Shown here piece after piece: positions 8,161 to 17,401 of a stretch of 64,000 nucleotides of DNA. The translations under genes were made by a program, and so were the position numbers. The DNA comes from Bdellovibrionales bacterium (GTDB taxonomy: Bacteria; Bdellovibrionota; Bdellovibrionia; Bdellovibrionales; JAGQZY01), in assembly GCA_031426555.1 (NCBI GenBank), contig JANPLN010000030.1, positions 13,125 through 77,124 of the forward strand, given 5' to 3'. The notes below the pieces were generated by a model. The model was not told the DNA's origin. It was given only the letters and a program-made list of their open reading frames with translations, and searched no databases. How positions within the stretch are numbered: the first letter of the stretch is position 1; each line of letters starts with the position of its first letter.

Positions 8161-10620
8161 TTGGGGGAGTTTAAAAACATGATGTTTCTTTTCACATTGA
8201 TTTCTCTTTTAAAAGCCGTCGAACCGCACCCCGCGGTCTCGTGGGAACAACTGCTGCAAGAGGGACGGTATGAAGAGTCGTATTCTGTGGCAAAGCAACA
8301 ACTCTCAGGATCGTACACGGATTTTTATCTCGGCTTGATTTCGCAAAAAAATAAAAAATGGGAGGTGAGTCTCGAACATCTCACCAAGGCTCAGTCGCAA
8401 AGTCCTGATGTCTTAGATTATGTGGCCATCTCGCGCGGAATTTCGCTTTTCGAAACTGGCAATTTTCAAAAAGCCTTGGACGAATTTACGTCGGCCGAAA
8501 AACAAGCCCGCACAAAATACACCGCGGATGTGGCGCGCTTCTATCAGTCCGAAACTCTTGTGGAGCTGAAGCAATGGAAAAAAGCCGAGCCCTTGTATCA
8601 AAAGAATCTCAAGCGTTTGCAGCGCACGGGTTTTTATTCGTCAGTGCTGTGGGGTTACCTTGCAACACAAGTCAAAAACCATAAAAACCAAAAGATCTGT
8701 CGCTATTCGAAAGAACTCTATCTTAAATTCCCAGCCTACGAAAAAATCGCCGACTGGGGAATCCGTCATCACGAAAACGCAGTTCTAGGTCAAAAACTCA
8801 ACTGTTTAGTGACCCTGGCCGAGCAAAAAATGCGTGTGCAGCGGTTGCTCTGGGCGGGCCTCGAAGACAAAGCCTCTAAAGAAATTCAAGATTTACAAAA
8901 ACGTGCCAGCCCTGAAGCGCGCTACGAAGTGGACCAGCTGTATGTGAGCTATCAATTGCATGAGGGGCATGTGGACGAAGCCCTCAAAACACTGTTGTCG
9001 TATCAAAAAGAAAAGGAAAACGACAACGACTACTTGATGAATTTGGGACGCGTGTATTCGCGAACAAACACTCCGCAAAAAGGCATCGAGGCCTACTACC
9101 GTGCGTACCAAGTAGCGGTGAGGCCGCAAGTGGCCGCGGCCTCCTTGTTTCAGTCGGGCTTTGCAAGCTATGTGGTGCACGATTATGAGTCCGCTTCGGC
9201 AAAATTTAAAGAGTACTCCACCAAGTATCCAGCGGGCAAAATGGCCACTGACAGTTTGTGGTATCAAGCGTGGCTTCAGTATTTACAAAAAGACTACGTA
9301 CAGGCCGAAAAATCTTTCTTTCAAATTTCAGAACATAAAAAGAGCAAGCCGCGTTTATGGCAAGATCACAAAGAAGATAAAATTAATTATTGGATGGCCA
9401 TGAGCTTGCTCCGCCAGGAAAAAAAGCGCGAGGCCTACGAAATTTTCACCCGCATGACCCATGATGAGTCTGTGGGCTATTATTCTGTGGCAGCCTATCA
9501 GCGCTCGCAACAATTGCTCAACCAAATGGGAACCAAACTTGCACAAAGAACTCCCGCAAGCGCCAGCAGTAATGCCAGTAATAATGGCAACGGCGTTTTA
9601 TTGCCAGGCATTCACGAAAACTGGTGGTTGTCGGATGCGGTGGCCACCGGCGACGGCGACAAAGATCGCGACGAGAGCGAAGAAACGCTAACGCAGTTAC
9701 CAGATCCCTTTGAACAAAAAGTGGATGCGATGTTGAGCGCCGAAGAGGTGGTCGAAGACGAATTTCCCGAGGGCGAAACTTCACCGGAGCAAAACCTTTC
9801 CCAGGACATGAAAGCTGTGTATTTTAACAATATCGAAAAGTCCCTGCAGCGCGCGCGCGTGCTGTCTCGAGTGGGGATGTGGGACTTTGCGTATCGCGAA
9901 GTTTTGGATGCCGAAGGAAAAAAACTTTCGCAGTTTCAAAAACAGTGGCTTCTGCAAGCCCATCAGTCAGTGCATTCCTACAATCGTTCGGTGATTTTAG
10001 CATCGCACTTCTTTGAAGATCAAGCGGTGAAAATGGGTTTGCACCACGGCAGTGATTATTGGACCTATTCTTATCCCAAGGCCTACGAAAAATGGGTCAC
10101 CGATCAAAGCCAAAGCCTCAAAATCCCTGCGGAGTTTGTGTGGAGTATCATGCGTGCCGAAACTATTTTCCGCGCCGACGCGATCTCGCCGGTGGGCGCT
10201 CGCGGTTTGATGCAGGTCATGCCGCGCACGGGGCGAAAATTGGCGTCGTTGATGAGTGTGAATGCTATTCAGGTAGACGATTTGTTAAAGCCCGAAGTAT
10301 CGATCCGTTTTGGCAGTTTTTATTTGCAGCGTTTGCTTAAAAAGTTTAACGGCAACATCAGTCTTGCCGCCGCCGCTTACAATGGGGGCCCGCATCGTGT
10401 GCACGCATGGATGCATTATTTTGGCGATTTGGAGCAGGATGAGTTTATCGAGCACATTCCCTATGTCGAAACCCGCAACTACGCAAAAAAAGTGACCAAG
10501 TATTTTGCGATTTATAATTTGTTGTACAAAAAGAAAACCAACGCCACGGAATTTTTAGTAAAACCCCTCGGGTTCAAAATGGAAGGCTCGGTTCCTACCA
10601 TGGAGACTTGGGAGCGCTAG
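8161..10620 (+). CDS. slt: Soluble lytic murein transglycosylase (Slt70-like: superhelical N-domain plus SLT domain)
   Basis: 819 aa. Signal-like N-terminus and a long TPR-like repeat region. C-terminal SLT catalytic block IMRAETIFRADAISPVGARGLMQVMP...AAAYNGGPHRV. The ORF starts at TTG 8161; ATG 8179 or 8182 are alternatives. Confidence 0.85.
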   Translation: MGEFKNMMFLFTLISLLKAVEPHPAVSWEQLLQEGRYEESYSVAKQQLSGSYTDFYLGLISQKNKKWEVSLEHLTKAQSQSPDVLDYVAISRGISLFETGNFQKALDEFTSAEKQARTKYTADVARFYQSETLVELKQWKKAEPLYQKNLKRLQRTGFYSSVLWGYLATQVKNHKNQKICRYSKELYLKFPAYEKIADWGIRHHENAVLGQKLNCLVTLAEQKMRVQRLLWAGLEDKASKEIQDLQKRASPEARYEVDQLYVSYQLHEGHVDEALKTLLSYQKEKENDNDYLMNLGRVYSRTNTPQKGIEAYYRAYQVAVRPQVAAASLFQSGFASYVVHDYESASAKFKEYSTKYPAGKMATDSLWYQAWLQYLQKDYVQAEKSFFQISEHKKSKPRLWQDHKEDKINYWMAMSLLRQEKKREAYEIFTRMTHDESVGYYSVAAYQRSQQLLNQMGTKLAQRTPASASSNASNNGNGVLLPGIHENWWLSDAVATGDGDKDRDESEETLTQLPDPFEQKVDAMLSAEEVVEDEFPEGETSPEQNLSQDMKAVYFNNIEKSLQRARVLSRVGMWDFAYREVLDAEGKKLSQFQKQWLLQAHQSVHSYNRSVILASHFFEDQAVKMGLHHGSDYWTYSYPKAYEKWVTDQSQSLKIPAEFVWSIMRAETIFRADAISPVGARGLMQVMPRTGRKLASLMSVNAIQVDDLLKPEVSIRFGSFYLQRLLKKFNGNISLAAAAYNGGPHRVHAWMHYFGDLEQDEFIEHIPYVETRNYAKKVTKYFAIYNLLYKKKTNATEFLVKPLGFKMEGSVPTMETWER

Positions 10621-10668
10621 GAGATGGTGATGCGTTTTTGGTTCCATTTCCTTCTTTGATTTCTGGGG

Positions 10669-10710
10669 CCCTCTCTTTTTAAGACGCGTCCATCCCTGGA
10701 CTCGCTTGCA
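10669..10710 (+). repeat. Armless (solo) copy of the giant-hairpin core motif
   Basis: CCTCTCTTTTTAAGACGCGTCCATCCCTGGACTCGCTTGCA aligns with 35477-35516 of hairpin D (CCTCCCTTTTAAGACGCGCCCATCCATGGACTCAGTTGCC). No complementary right arm was found. Confidence 0.7.
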
Positions 10711-10744
10711 AATCGACGATGTATACTAGGCAATTGATACAAAT

Positions 10745-11032
10745 ATGTATTTTATTATGAGGAAAGAAATGGTGCTTGAGGCGTATTTTCAGAAATTAAT
10801 TGACCGGGTGGAACTAGAGATTTCCAATCAGGGGAAAGATGAGAATGGATTTTTTAAGCCGACTAAAACGATTCTGGTGCGGCATTTAAGCACTCTCAAA
10901 GACTTGCACAGCAAGCCTTTGGCAAAAGATATCGTCAAAGCCTCGTGGCAGTACGTGAACGAAAATCTCCCGCCCGAGTGGTTGGTGCTCACACCCACCG
11001 AAAAAGCTGAGCTTAAAAAAATCCTGGCTTAG
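10745..11032 (+). CDS. Hypothetical protein (95 aa)
   Basis: The ORF is not overlapped by any gene call. No motif recognised. Confidence 0.4.
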   Translation: MYFIMRKEMVLEAYFQKLIDRVELEISNQGKDENGFFKPTKTILVRHLSTLKDLHSKPLAKDIVKASWQYVNENLPPEWLVLTPTEKAELKKILA

Positions 11033-11034
11033 AA

Positions 11035-11082
11035 GGTACGGCAAGGGGCAAGGCGCCTTCGGCGCTTAGCTCGCTCCGTACC
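11035..11082. terminator. Nested hairpin between convergent genes (family-2 terminator-like repeat, copy X)
   Basis: Outer stem GGTACGG (11035-11041) pairs with CCGTACC (11076-11082). Inner stem is GCGCC-TTC-GGCGC. The reverse complement aligns over about 50 nt with 60169-60233. Confidence 0.6.
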
Positions 11083-11083
11083 G

Positions 11084-12109
11084 TTAATTCATCTGCTGGG
11101 GAATGCGGCCGGCCATGATTTCGGCAAATGGCTGCGTGGCTTCGATGCGCATAAAGACGATTTTTAACACCGCGGTGATGGGCACCGCTAAAAACATTCC
11201 CGACAGTCCCCAAATTAACGCCCAAAACACCAAGCAGATGAGTACGGTGATGGGATGCAAATCCATAATTTCGCCAAGCACTCGCGGCTCAACGATATTG
11301 CCGATGATAAACTGCATGATTCCCAGCACCGTAAAAATCACAAAAAACTGCCAGCCAAAACCGTAGGAATAAAACACCACCGGAAATGGAAGAGCCACAG
11401 CAATGATGGGGCCCACCGTGGGAATAAAGTTAAGCAGAATCGCCGACAAGGTAAAAATCAAAGCGAGGTCGACCTGAAAGGAACCAAGCATAATCAAAAA
11501 CACGACTCCTGCCGCAAGCGCCAAGAATAGTTTTTTTATAGTGTACTCAAAAGTTTTGATCATAATGGTGCGAATCAACGGTGATTTGATCTGCGCATTT
11601 TGATCGCCCACGATCATAAAAGCTGTGTAAATCAACACCAGCGTAAGATTACCGATGATGTAGAACGTTTGCTGGGTAAAATCGCGCACGTACGACACCG
11701 GGTTGAATTCCTTGGCCTGCGCGAGAATAAATTCTTTATCGATTTGAATTCCCGCCGGTAGTTGTTCTTCGATAGAGGTTAAAATATTAGCGAGATAGTA
11801 TTCGTAGCCTGTGATTCCAGTGATGAGTTGTTTCAGCGCCGGAAACATTATCACGATCACACTGACGATAACTCCCATGACTCCGGCAATGGCCACACTG
11901 ATGGCAAGAGTGCGGGGCAGCCTTAAATGAACTTGAATCCAATAAATGATAGGCGCAAAAATCGCATAGGTAAAAATCGCAAACACAAACGGAACAAGAA
12001 CCGGTTTTGTGTAAGTGAGCACGGAGGCCACAGCAATAATGGTGAGGATGACGAGACAGATCTGAATGGTTTTTGTGGCAGTAGTGATCGAAGTGGCAGA
12101 TTTTAACAA
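11084..12109 (-). CDS. AI-2E family transporter (PerM/YhhT, UPF0118)
   Basis: 341 aa, about 8 TM helices. Characteristic C-terminal block NFIPTVGPIIA...GEIMDLHPITVLICLVFWALIWGLSGMFLAVP. TTG start at 12109 with AGGAGA 7 nt upstream. Confidence 0.75.
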   Translation of the reverse strand: MLKSATSITTATKTIQICLVILTIIAVASVLTYTKPVLVPFVFAIFTYAIFAPIIYWIQVHLRLPRTLAISVAIAGVMGVIVSVIVIMFPALKQLITGITGYEYYLANILTSIEEQLPAGIQIDKEFILAQAKEFNPVSYVRDFTQQTFYIIGNLTLVLIYTAFMIVGDQNAQIKSPLIRTIMIKTFEYTIKKLFLALAAGVVFLIMLGSFQVDLALIFTLSAILLNFIPTVGPIIAVALPFPVVFYSYGFGWQFFVIFTVLGIMQFIIGNIVEPRVLGEIMDLHPITVLICLVFWALIWGLSGMFLAVPITAVLKIVFMRIEATQPFAEIMAGRIPQQMN

Positions 12110-12120
12110 GGTAGGTCTCC

Positions 12121-12142
12121 TAGCAAGGGCTCCGTACCTAGA
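12121..12142 (+). repeat. Partial copy of the family-2 hairpin end (copy Z)
   Basis: TAGCAAGGGCTCCGTACCTAG shares GCTCCGTACC with 11073-11082. It shares CCGTACCTAG with the reverse complement of 59942-59951. Confidence 0.5.
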
Positions 12143-12173
12143 TCATCAGAGATCTAAAAGTTAAAATCAATAT

Positions 12174-12617
12174 TTATTGAAAAAGACCGTCGAAGAGTTG
12201 TCCAGGCTGAGTTGGAGTGATCGTCGGAGTTATTACAGAGATCTGCGATCCAAAGCTCACTGGAGTGGCTTCTGCGCTAGGTTCAAAATTTGGTTGGTTT
12301 TGTTTAACGAAGCCTGCAAATTCAACATTGTTGTCAAAGAAGCGAATTTGTCCTTCGAACTCTTCTACAAACTGATTGATCATTTTTGGAGTGGCTTTTC
12401 GCGAGAAAATTTTGAGGTCTTCGTAGCAACCAGAAACATTGCCCGCTTGCGGTGTTGGAGCCCAGTAAGGAAGGTTGTCTTTGTTGAGAACTGCAATCAT
12501 CACGTTTTCGCAGGCTTCGAACGTCGGGATTTCATGATCCATCTCATGACCTTGGATATGGTGGGCATGGGCGGTGGTGGCGAAACTTACAAACAAGAGA
12601 GTAAAAAGCGTTTTCAT
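12174..12617 (-). CDS. Secreted hypothetical protein with His-rich mature N-terminus
   Basis: Signal peptide MKTLFTLLFVSFATTAHA followed by HHIQGHEMDHE. No family recognised. Confidence 0.5.
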   Translation of the reverse strand: MKTLFTLLFVSFATTAHAHHIQGHEMDHEIPTFEACENVMIAVLNKDNLPYWAPTPQAGNVSGCYEDLKIFSRKATPKMINQFVEEFEGQIRFFDNNVEFAGFVKQNQPNFEPSAEATPVSFGSQISVITPTITPTQPGQLFDGLFQ

Positions 12618-12792
12618 GTGTACCTCGTAATATGGAACAATTGATACAGAGGTTCGCGAAGAATGAAAAATTATTCGTTGGAATCATCATTCATCAGTTT
12701 TTCTTCTGCGATAATAAATTACTCAGTATGAAAGATTTTCACTAAGTAAAGGGTGATGGTGACCTTGGAATTGTGAAAAACAGGAGTACACT

Positions 12793-13050
12793 ATGCCTAT
12801 GAGTAAAAATTTATGGTTTAAAAAGAAAACGTACGGGTGGGGATGGACACCCTGCAATTGGCAGGGCTTCGTTGTCGTTGGTTTGTACGTAGCCGCTTTA
12901 TGTTTAACAGTCTGGTTTGTAAGAATAGGCATTTTCGAATGGACTCCAACGCAGCTCACCATAGCTATTTTCGCAGAGTTCGCTGTTTTGGTCGCTATTT
13001 CCTACGCCAAAGGCGAAAAGCCTTCCTGGAGCTGGGGCCGATCAAAATAG
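12793..13050 (+). CDS. Small membrane protein (85 aa, two hydrophobic helices)
   Basis: GGAG 8 nt upstream of ATG 12793. Two TM-like segments (FVVVGLYVAALCLTVWFV, IAIFAEFAVLVAISYA). Confidence 0.45.
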   Translation: MPMSKNLWFKKKTYGWGWTPCNWQGFVVVGLYVAALCLTVWFVRIGIFEWTPTQLTIAIFAEFAVLVAISYAKGEKPSWSWGRSK

Positions 13051-13094
13051 CTTTGGGAACCAAATCACTGCCGCTACGGCATTAGGAGCTTCAT

Positions 13095-13229
13095 CAAGTT
13101 TCAATGGTTTCTTAAAAAAGGATGGATTAAAAAGGTTTTTAAAAACGAGTTCCGCAGCGAAGCGAGGACTGTCCGAGATTTTTAAAGACCTTTTTAATCC
13201 ATCCTTTTTTAAGAAACCATTGAAACTTG
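13095..13229. repeat. Giant hairpin A: 51-bp stem, 33-nt loop
   Basis: 13095-13145 pairs with 13179-13229 (position sum 26324), with a single G-T at 13137/13187. Loop is CGAGTTCCGCAGCGAAGCGAGGACTGTCCGAGA. It ends 3 nt from the ychF stop codon. Confidence 0.95.
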
Positions 13230-13232
13230 CGA

Positions 13233-14333
13233 CTAAACATTAAACCTGAAGAAAAGAACGTCGCCGTCTTTGACGATATATTCTTTGCCTTCGAGGCGGT
13301 ATTTGCCTGCGTCTTTCACGGCTTGTTCGCTTTTGAGGGTGAACAGGTCGGCGCAGTTGTAGGTTTCGGCGCGGATGAAGCCTTTTTCAAAGTCAGTGTG
13401 GATGACACCTGCCGCTTGTGGAGCCTTTGTGCCCTTGCGAATGGTCCATGCGCGCACTTCTTTTTCGCCAGCGGTGAAGTAGGTTTGCAGACCTAACAGC
13501 GCATAAGCTTCGCGGATGAGGCGGTTCAGGCCGGGCTCGGTGACGCCGAGGCTTTCTAAAAACTCTTTGCGCTCTTCGACAGGCAGCTGAGCGATTTCGG
13601 CCTCCATAGAGCTACAAATGAGAATGGCCAAATTGTTTTCTTTTTTTGCAAATTCAATCACGGACTTCGACCAGTCGTTTCCGCCCTTGGTGAAATCACT
13701 TTCGCTCACGTTGCAAACGTACAACGTGGGTTTTGATGTGAGCAGATGCATCCCTTTTACGACGGGTTCGGTTTGCTCGTCGGTTTCCACAATGCGGGCC
13801 GGTTTTCCAGCTTCGAGAGCCTGTTGGACTTTTATAATGATATCAAGCTCGGCGATCTGTTTTGGATCCTTGCTGGATTTTGCGGTTTTTTCGATGCGCT
13901 GACGGCGTTTTTCCACAGAATCAAGATCGGCGAGCATGAGTTCGGTGTTGATCACTTCGATGTCGCGAATGGGATCCACGGAGCCCGACACGTGGATCAC
14001 ATCGGGGTCGTCGAAGCAGCGTACAACCTGCACGATGGCGTCGGTTTGACGAATGTTTGCGAGGAACTGGTTACCCAAGCCTTCGCCTTTACTCGCGCCC
14101 TTAACGATCCCTGCGATGTCGACAAACTCGATGGTGGTGGGGATTACGCTCTGGGGTTTGATAAAGGTACATATTTGATCCAAGCGCACATCAGCCACAG
14201 TCACCACGCCCACGTTGGGGTCAATGGTGCAAAAGGGGTAGTTGGCTGCTTCGGCTTTGGCCGAAGTGAGCGCGTTGAAAAGCGTGCTTTTTCCGACGTT
14301 TGGTAATCCAACAATTCCGCACTGAAGACTCAT
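13233..14333 (-). CDS. ychF: Ribosome-binding ATPase YchF (Obg-like GTPase family)
   Basis: [23 protein letters not shown]... P-loop, full-length 366 aa, with the characteristic C-terminal TGS-like end [11 protein letters not shown]. Confidence 0.95.
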   Translation of the reverse strand: MSLQCGIVGLPNVGKSTLFNALTSAKAEAANYPFCTIDPNVGVVTVADVRLDQICTFIKPQSVIPTTIEFVDIAGIVKGASKGEGLGNQFLANIRQTDAIVQVVRCFDDPDVIHVSGSVDPIRDIEVINTELMLADLDSVEKRRQRIEKTAKSSKDPKQIAELDIIIKVQQALEAGKPARIVETDEQTEPVVKGMHLLTSKPTLYVCNVSESDFTKGGNDWSKSVIEFAKKENNLAILICSSMEAEIAQLPVEERKEFLESLGVTEPGLNRLIREAYALLGLQTYFTAGEKEVRAWTIRKGTKAPQAAGVIHTDFEKGFIRAETYNCADLFTLKSEQAVKDAGKYRLEGKEYIVKDGDVLFFRFNV

Positions 14334-14932
14334 GGCGTGTCCTTTGGTTTTAGAGAATTAAAATAATTCGCTGTTTTGTCGTACCCTTGAAAGATTAAAG
14401 ATTCAACAGCGTCGAGAGCCGTGTTTAGAAAATCTGGGAGTTGCGCGCTTTCGTCTTTGCTAAAATTGCTCAGGACGTGATCAGCCACATCGATATTGGG
14501 ATTGGTGGGGCGGCCGACGCCAAGTTTGATTCGAAAATATTTGTTGTGACCTAATTTTTCGTGGATGTCCCGAATACCGTTATGGCCACCGTGGCCTCGG
14601 TCCTTTTGAATTTTAAGCTGAGCAAATGAAAAATCGATTTCGTCGTGCAAAACAATTATCTGACTGTGCTCGATTTTATAAAAGTCGCAAAGACTGCGCA
14701 CGGGATCGCCCGAAAGGTTCATAAACTCTTGCGGTTTGCAGAAGACAACTTTCTGCGACTGTTTATTGTCCTCGGAATGCAGAGTGAGGTGAGTGGTGAG
14801 GGCTTTTAGTTCTTTTTTTTCGGGGGGCGCGTTGACGGACTTCAGAAACGTATCCACAGCCATAAAGCCGATATTGTGGCGATTGAGAGCATATTTAGAG
14901 CCAGGATTGCCAAGACCGACGATAAGCCACAT
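14330..14932 (-). CDS. pth: Peptidyl-tRNA hydrolase
   Basis: MWLIVGLGNPGSKYALNRHNIGF... and ...GHGGHNGIRDI are canonical Pth motifs. There is a 4-nt overlap with the ychF start. Confidence 0.95.
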   Translation of the reverse strand: MWLIVGLGNPGSKYALNRHNIGFMAVDTFLKSVNAPPEKKELKALTTHLTLHSEDNKQSQKVVFCKPQEFMNLSGDPVRSLCDFYKIEHSQIIVLHDEIDFSFAQLKIQKDRGHGGHNGIRDIHEKLGHNKYFRIKLGVGRPTNPNIDVADHVLSNFSKDESAQLPDFLNTALDAVESLIFQGYDKTANYFNSLKPKDTP

Positions 14933-14949
14933 GTTTTCTATCCATAACG

Positions 14950-14972
14950 AAAAAAGCCCGGGTGAGCGGGCT
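14950..14972 (-). terminator. Rho-independent terminator downstream of rplY
   Basis: On the minus strand: AGCCCG-CTCACC-CGGGCT followed by TTTTTT. A second small hairpin GTCTTTTC/GAAAAGAC lies at 14990-15013. Confidence 0.6.
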
Positions 14973-15020
14973 TATGTTCAGTGAGCAAAGTCTTTTCAAA
15001 TAAATGAAAAGACAAACTAA

Positions 15021-15701
15021 TTACTTCTTTTTTGCTGGTGCAGCAGCGGCAGCGGCCGGAGCAGCTGCGCCAGCGGCAGGAGCTGCGCCTGCAGCAGGAG
15101 CTGCAGCAGCCACAGTTTCAACAGCAGCTGCTTTCTCTTCGACGTAAGCAGTTACTGTTGCAAGTGTGCGTTCGCCAGGTGTTACAGCGCGAACGCCATC
15201 TGGAAGTTTAAGATCGGACACGTGGAGAGAGTTGTTCAAACGAATTTCTGTAATATCCACTTTTAAAGTTGCAGGAATTGCTGAAGGCAAGCACTCGATT
15301 TCCATATCATGCATAATAACCTGGAAAATCCCGCCCTCTTCTTTTACGCCAGCAGCAACGCCAACGTATTCGAGAACCACTTTTACGCGCACTTTGCGAG
15401 TCATATCGAGAGCGTAGAGATCAAGGTGCACGGGGCGGTCAGAAACCGGGTGCATCTGAATGTTTTTAATAAGAACTTTTACGTCATTCAATGCACTCTC
15501 TTTGCTTTTCAAAGAGAAAATCGCTGATTCAAAGCGTGCGCTCAAATATTTTTTAATTACGTTCTCTTCAACGAAAATCGTTTGATTTTTAAATTTTGGA
15601 CCGTAAATCACAGTCGGAACTTTGTTTGATTTACGAGCGGAGCGAGAAAAGTGTTTTCCCACTGTGCGAGGTTCTGCATTTAAAACTAATTCTGTACTCA
15701 T
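15021..15701 (-). CDS. rplY: 50S ribosomal protein L25/general stress protein Ctc, with Ala/Pro-rich C-terminal tail
   Basis: N-terminal L25 fold signature (LNAEPRTVGKHFSRSARKSNKVPTVIYG) and Ctc-type C-domain. The tail is AAAVETVAAAAPAAGAAPAAGAAAPAAAAAAPAKKK. Confidence 0.9.
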   Translation of the reverse strand: MSTELVLNAEPRTVGKHFSRSARKSNKVPTVIYGPKFKNQTIFVEENVIKKYLSARFESAIFSLKSKESALNDVKVLIKNIQMHPVSDRPVHLDLYALDMTRKVRVKVVLEYVGVAAGVKEEGGIFQVIMHDMEIECLPSAIPATLKVDITEIRLNNSLHVSDLKLPDGVRAVTPGERTLATVTAYVEEKAAAVETVAAAAPAAGAAPAAGAAAPAAAAAAPAKKK

Positions 15702-15729
15702 AGGTCCACCTTTTTATATTTAAAATTCA

Positions 15730-16674
15730 TCAATCAAAAAGAGAACTGACGGAGGCATTTCCATAAATTCTCTGAATCGCTTCTGCAACTACCGGAGCCA
15801 TTGACGTGACGACAACTTTTCCGCACGCACGACTTGTTTCGCTCGAAGGAATTGTGTCGGTCACAATCACTTTTTCGAGACCAGATTCCGTAATTCTTTG
15901 AATCGCGGGACCGGAAAACAAAGCATGGGTCGCAACAGCGAACACCCTTTTTGCACCATTGTTAAGCAGGCTGTCAACACCTTGTGTGAGGGTGCCTGCC
16001 GTGTCGATCATGTCGTCCAGAATAATGGCCTCCTTGTCGCGAACGTCACCTATTAAGTGAAGTGCTTTCGCAACGTTAGGACCCGAGCGGCGCTTATCAA
16101 TAATGGCCATGGAGCAATCGATTCTTTTGGCGAAAGCGCGGGCTCTTTCAACCCCACCGGCATCGGGGCTCACAACCACATAGTCTTTGCCCATTCCGTA
16201 ATTATCTTTCCAGTATTGGGCGAGGGTAGGAATGGCAAACAGGTGATCCACTGGGCAGTTAAAGAATCCCTGAATTTGAGCCGCGTGGAGATCCACACAA
16301 AGGACGCGCGAGGCTCCAGCGGTGGTAAGCAGGTCGGCCATGCATTTTGCCGTGATTGGGGCCCGCGGAGCCACTTTGCGATCCTGGCGTGCGTAGCCGT
16401 AATAGGGAATCACAGCGACGATATTCTTTGCCGAAGCGCGCTTTAGCGCATCCAGTGTTACAAAAAGTTCCATGTAGTTTTCGTTCACAGGAGGGCAGGT
16501 GCTCTGAATCAGGTAAACACTGGCGCCGCGAACACTCTCTTGAATTTCAACCTGGATCTCGCCATCGGCGAACCGTGAGATGGTGGACTGACCCAAACGC
16601 ATGCCCGCGTGTTCGGCAACTTTTTCGGCGAAGGCTTTGTTGGAATTGCAGGTAAAAATTCGCAGGTCGTTCAT
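15730..16674 (-). CDS. prs: Ribose-phosphate pyrophosphokinase
   Basis: 314 aa. GYARQDRK and the PRPP-binding loop ILDDMIDTAGT are canonical Prs motifs. Confidence 0.95.
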   Translation of the reverse strand: MNDLRIFTCNSNKAFAEKVAEHAGMRLGQSTISRFADGEIQVEIQESVRGASVYLIQSTCPPVNENYMELFVTLDALKRASAKNIVAVIPYYGYARQDRKVAPRAPITAKCMADLLTTAGASRVLCVDLHAAQIQGFFNCPVDHLFAIPTLAQYWKDNYGMGKDYVVVSPDAGGVERARAFAKRIDCSMAIIDKRRSGPNVAKALHLIGDVRDKEAIILDDMIDTAGTLTQGVDSLLNNGAKRVFAVATHALFSGPAIQRITESGLEKVIVTDTIPSSETSRACGKVVVTSMAPVVAEAIQRIYGNASVSSLFD

Positions 16675-16798
16675 GGGTGGAAAGGAGTTAACACTGCGAG
16701 GCGATATTGTCCAGATTTAGAGGATAAAATCAGAGAGAATTTGGCAAATCGCCTCATTCTGCCAGTCTTTTTTGCAGAGGCGATCGTAAATCGAGCTT

Positions 16799-17401
16799 TT
16801 AGAGACTTTTTAAAAACTCAGTGATTTTTTTGCAGGCTTGCGCTCGGTGTGAAAGTGCGTTTTTAACGGCGTCAGTGAGTTCGCCAAAAGTTTGCGTGTG
16901 GCCTTCGGGAATAAAGGCGGGATCGTAACCGAAGCCCTTTGTTCCTGTGGCTTTTGTTGAGATTTGCCCGTGGCATTGGCCGGTAAAAACCTGCTCTGCC
17001 CGTTGCGGACTGATCAAAACCAAAGAGCATTCAAAGTAAGCTTTGCGATTCGACGACGAGCGAATCTGCATCATCTTTAAAAGTTTTGCGACATTTTCGG
17101 CATCGCTGGCTTTTTCCCCTGCGTAGCGCGCCGAGTGAACACCGGGCAAACCACCAAGTCCATCCACGCACAAACCGGAATCGTCGGCCAAAACCCAATC
17201 CGCGTCATCGACTACGCTTTTTAATGAGCGGGCTTTGATTTGCGCATTTTCTAAAAATGTTTTTCCAGTTTCGGGAGGTGAAGAGTAAACAGGGAGTTCA
17301 TTTTGTGAATGAACAGTAAACGCGGGATTGGCCAGCATCATTTTAAACTCAGCCAATTTTCCTTTGTTGCCTGTGGCAATCCATAACTTCATGGGCGTCA
17401 A
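16799..17401 (-). CDS. rdgB: dITP/XTP pyrophosphatase (non-canonical purine NTP pyrophosphatase)
   Basis: LWIATGNKGKLAEF..., GFGYDPAFIP and SHRAQA are HAM1/RdgB signatures. Confidence 0.9.
   Translation of the reverse strand: MTPMKLWIATGNKGKLAEFKMMLANPAFTVHSQNELPVYSSPPETGKTFLENAQIKARSLKSVVDDADWVLADDSGLCVDGLGGLPGVHSARYAGEKASDAENVAKLLKMMQIRSSSNRKAYFECSLVLISPQRAEQVFTGQCHGQISTKATGTKGFGYDPAFIPEGHTQTFGELTDAVKNALSHRAQACKKITEFLKSL

Noticed and set aside
13746-14306. A 186-aa plus-strand ORF lies antisense to ychF. Similar antisense ORFs occur inside prs, gspK, gspD and actB.
   Set aside because: They lie entirely within strongly supported conserved genes and have no start context or recognisable motifs. 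They are typical shadow ORFs.
15021-15140. GC-rich near-tandem DNA repeats (GCAGGAGCTGCGCC-like) at the 3' end of rplY.
   Set aside because: They are explained by the Ala/Pro-rich low-complexity tail of the L25/Ctc protein, and the frame stays open. This is not an independent element.
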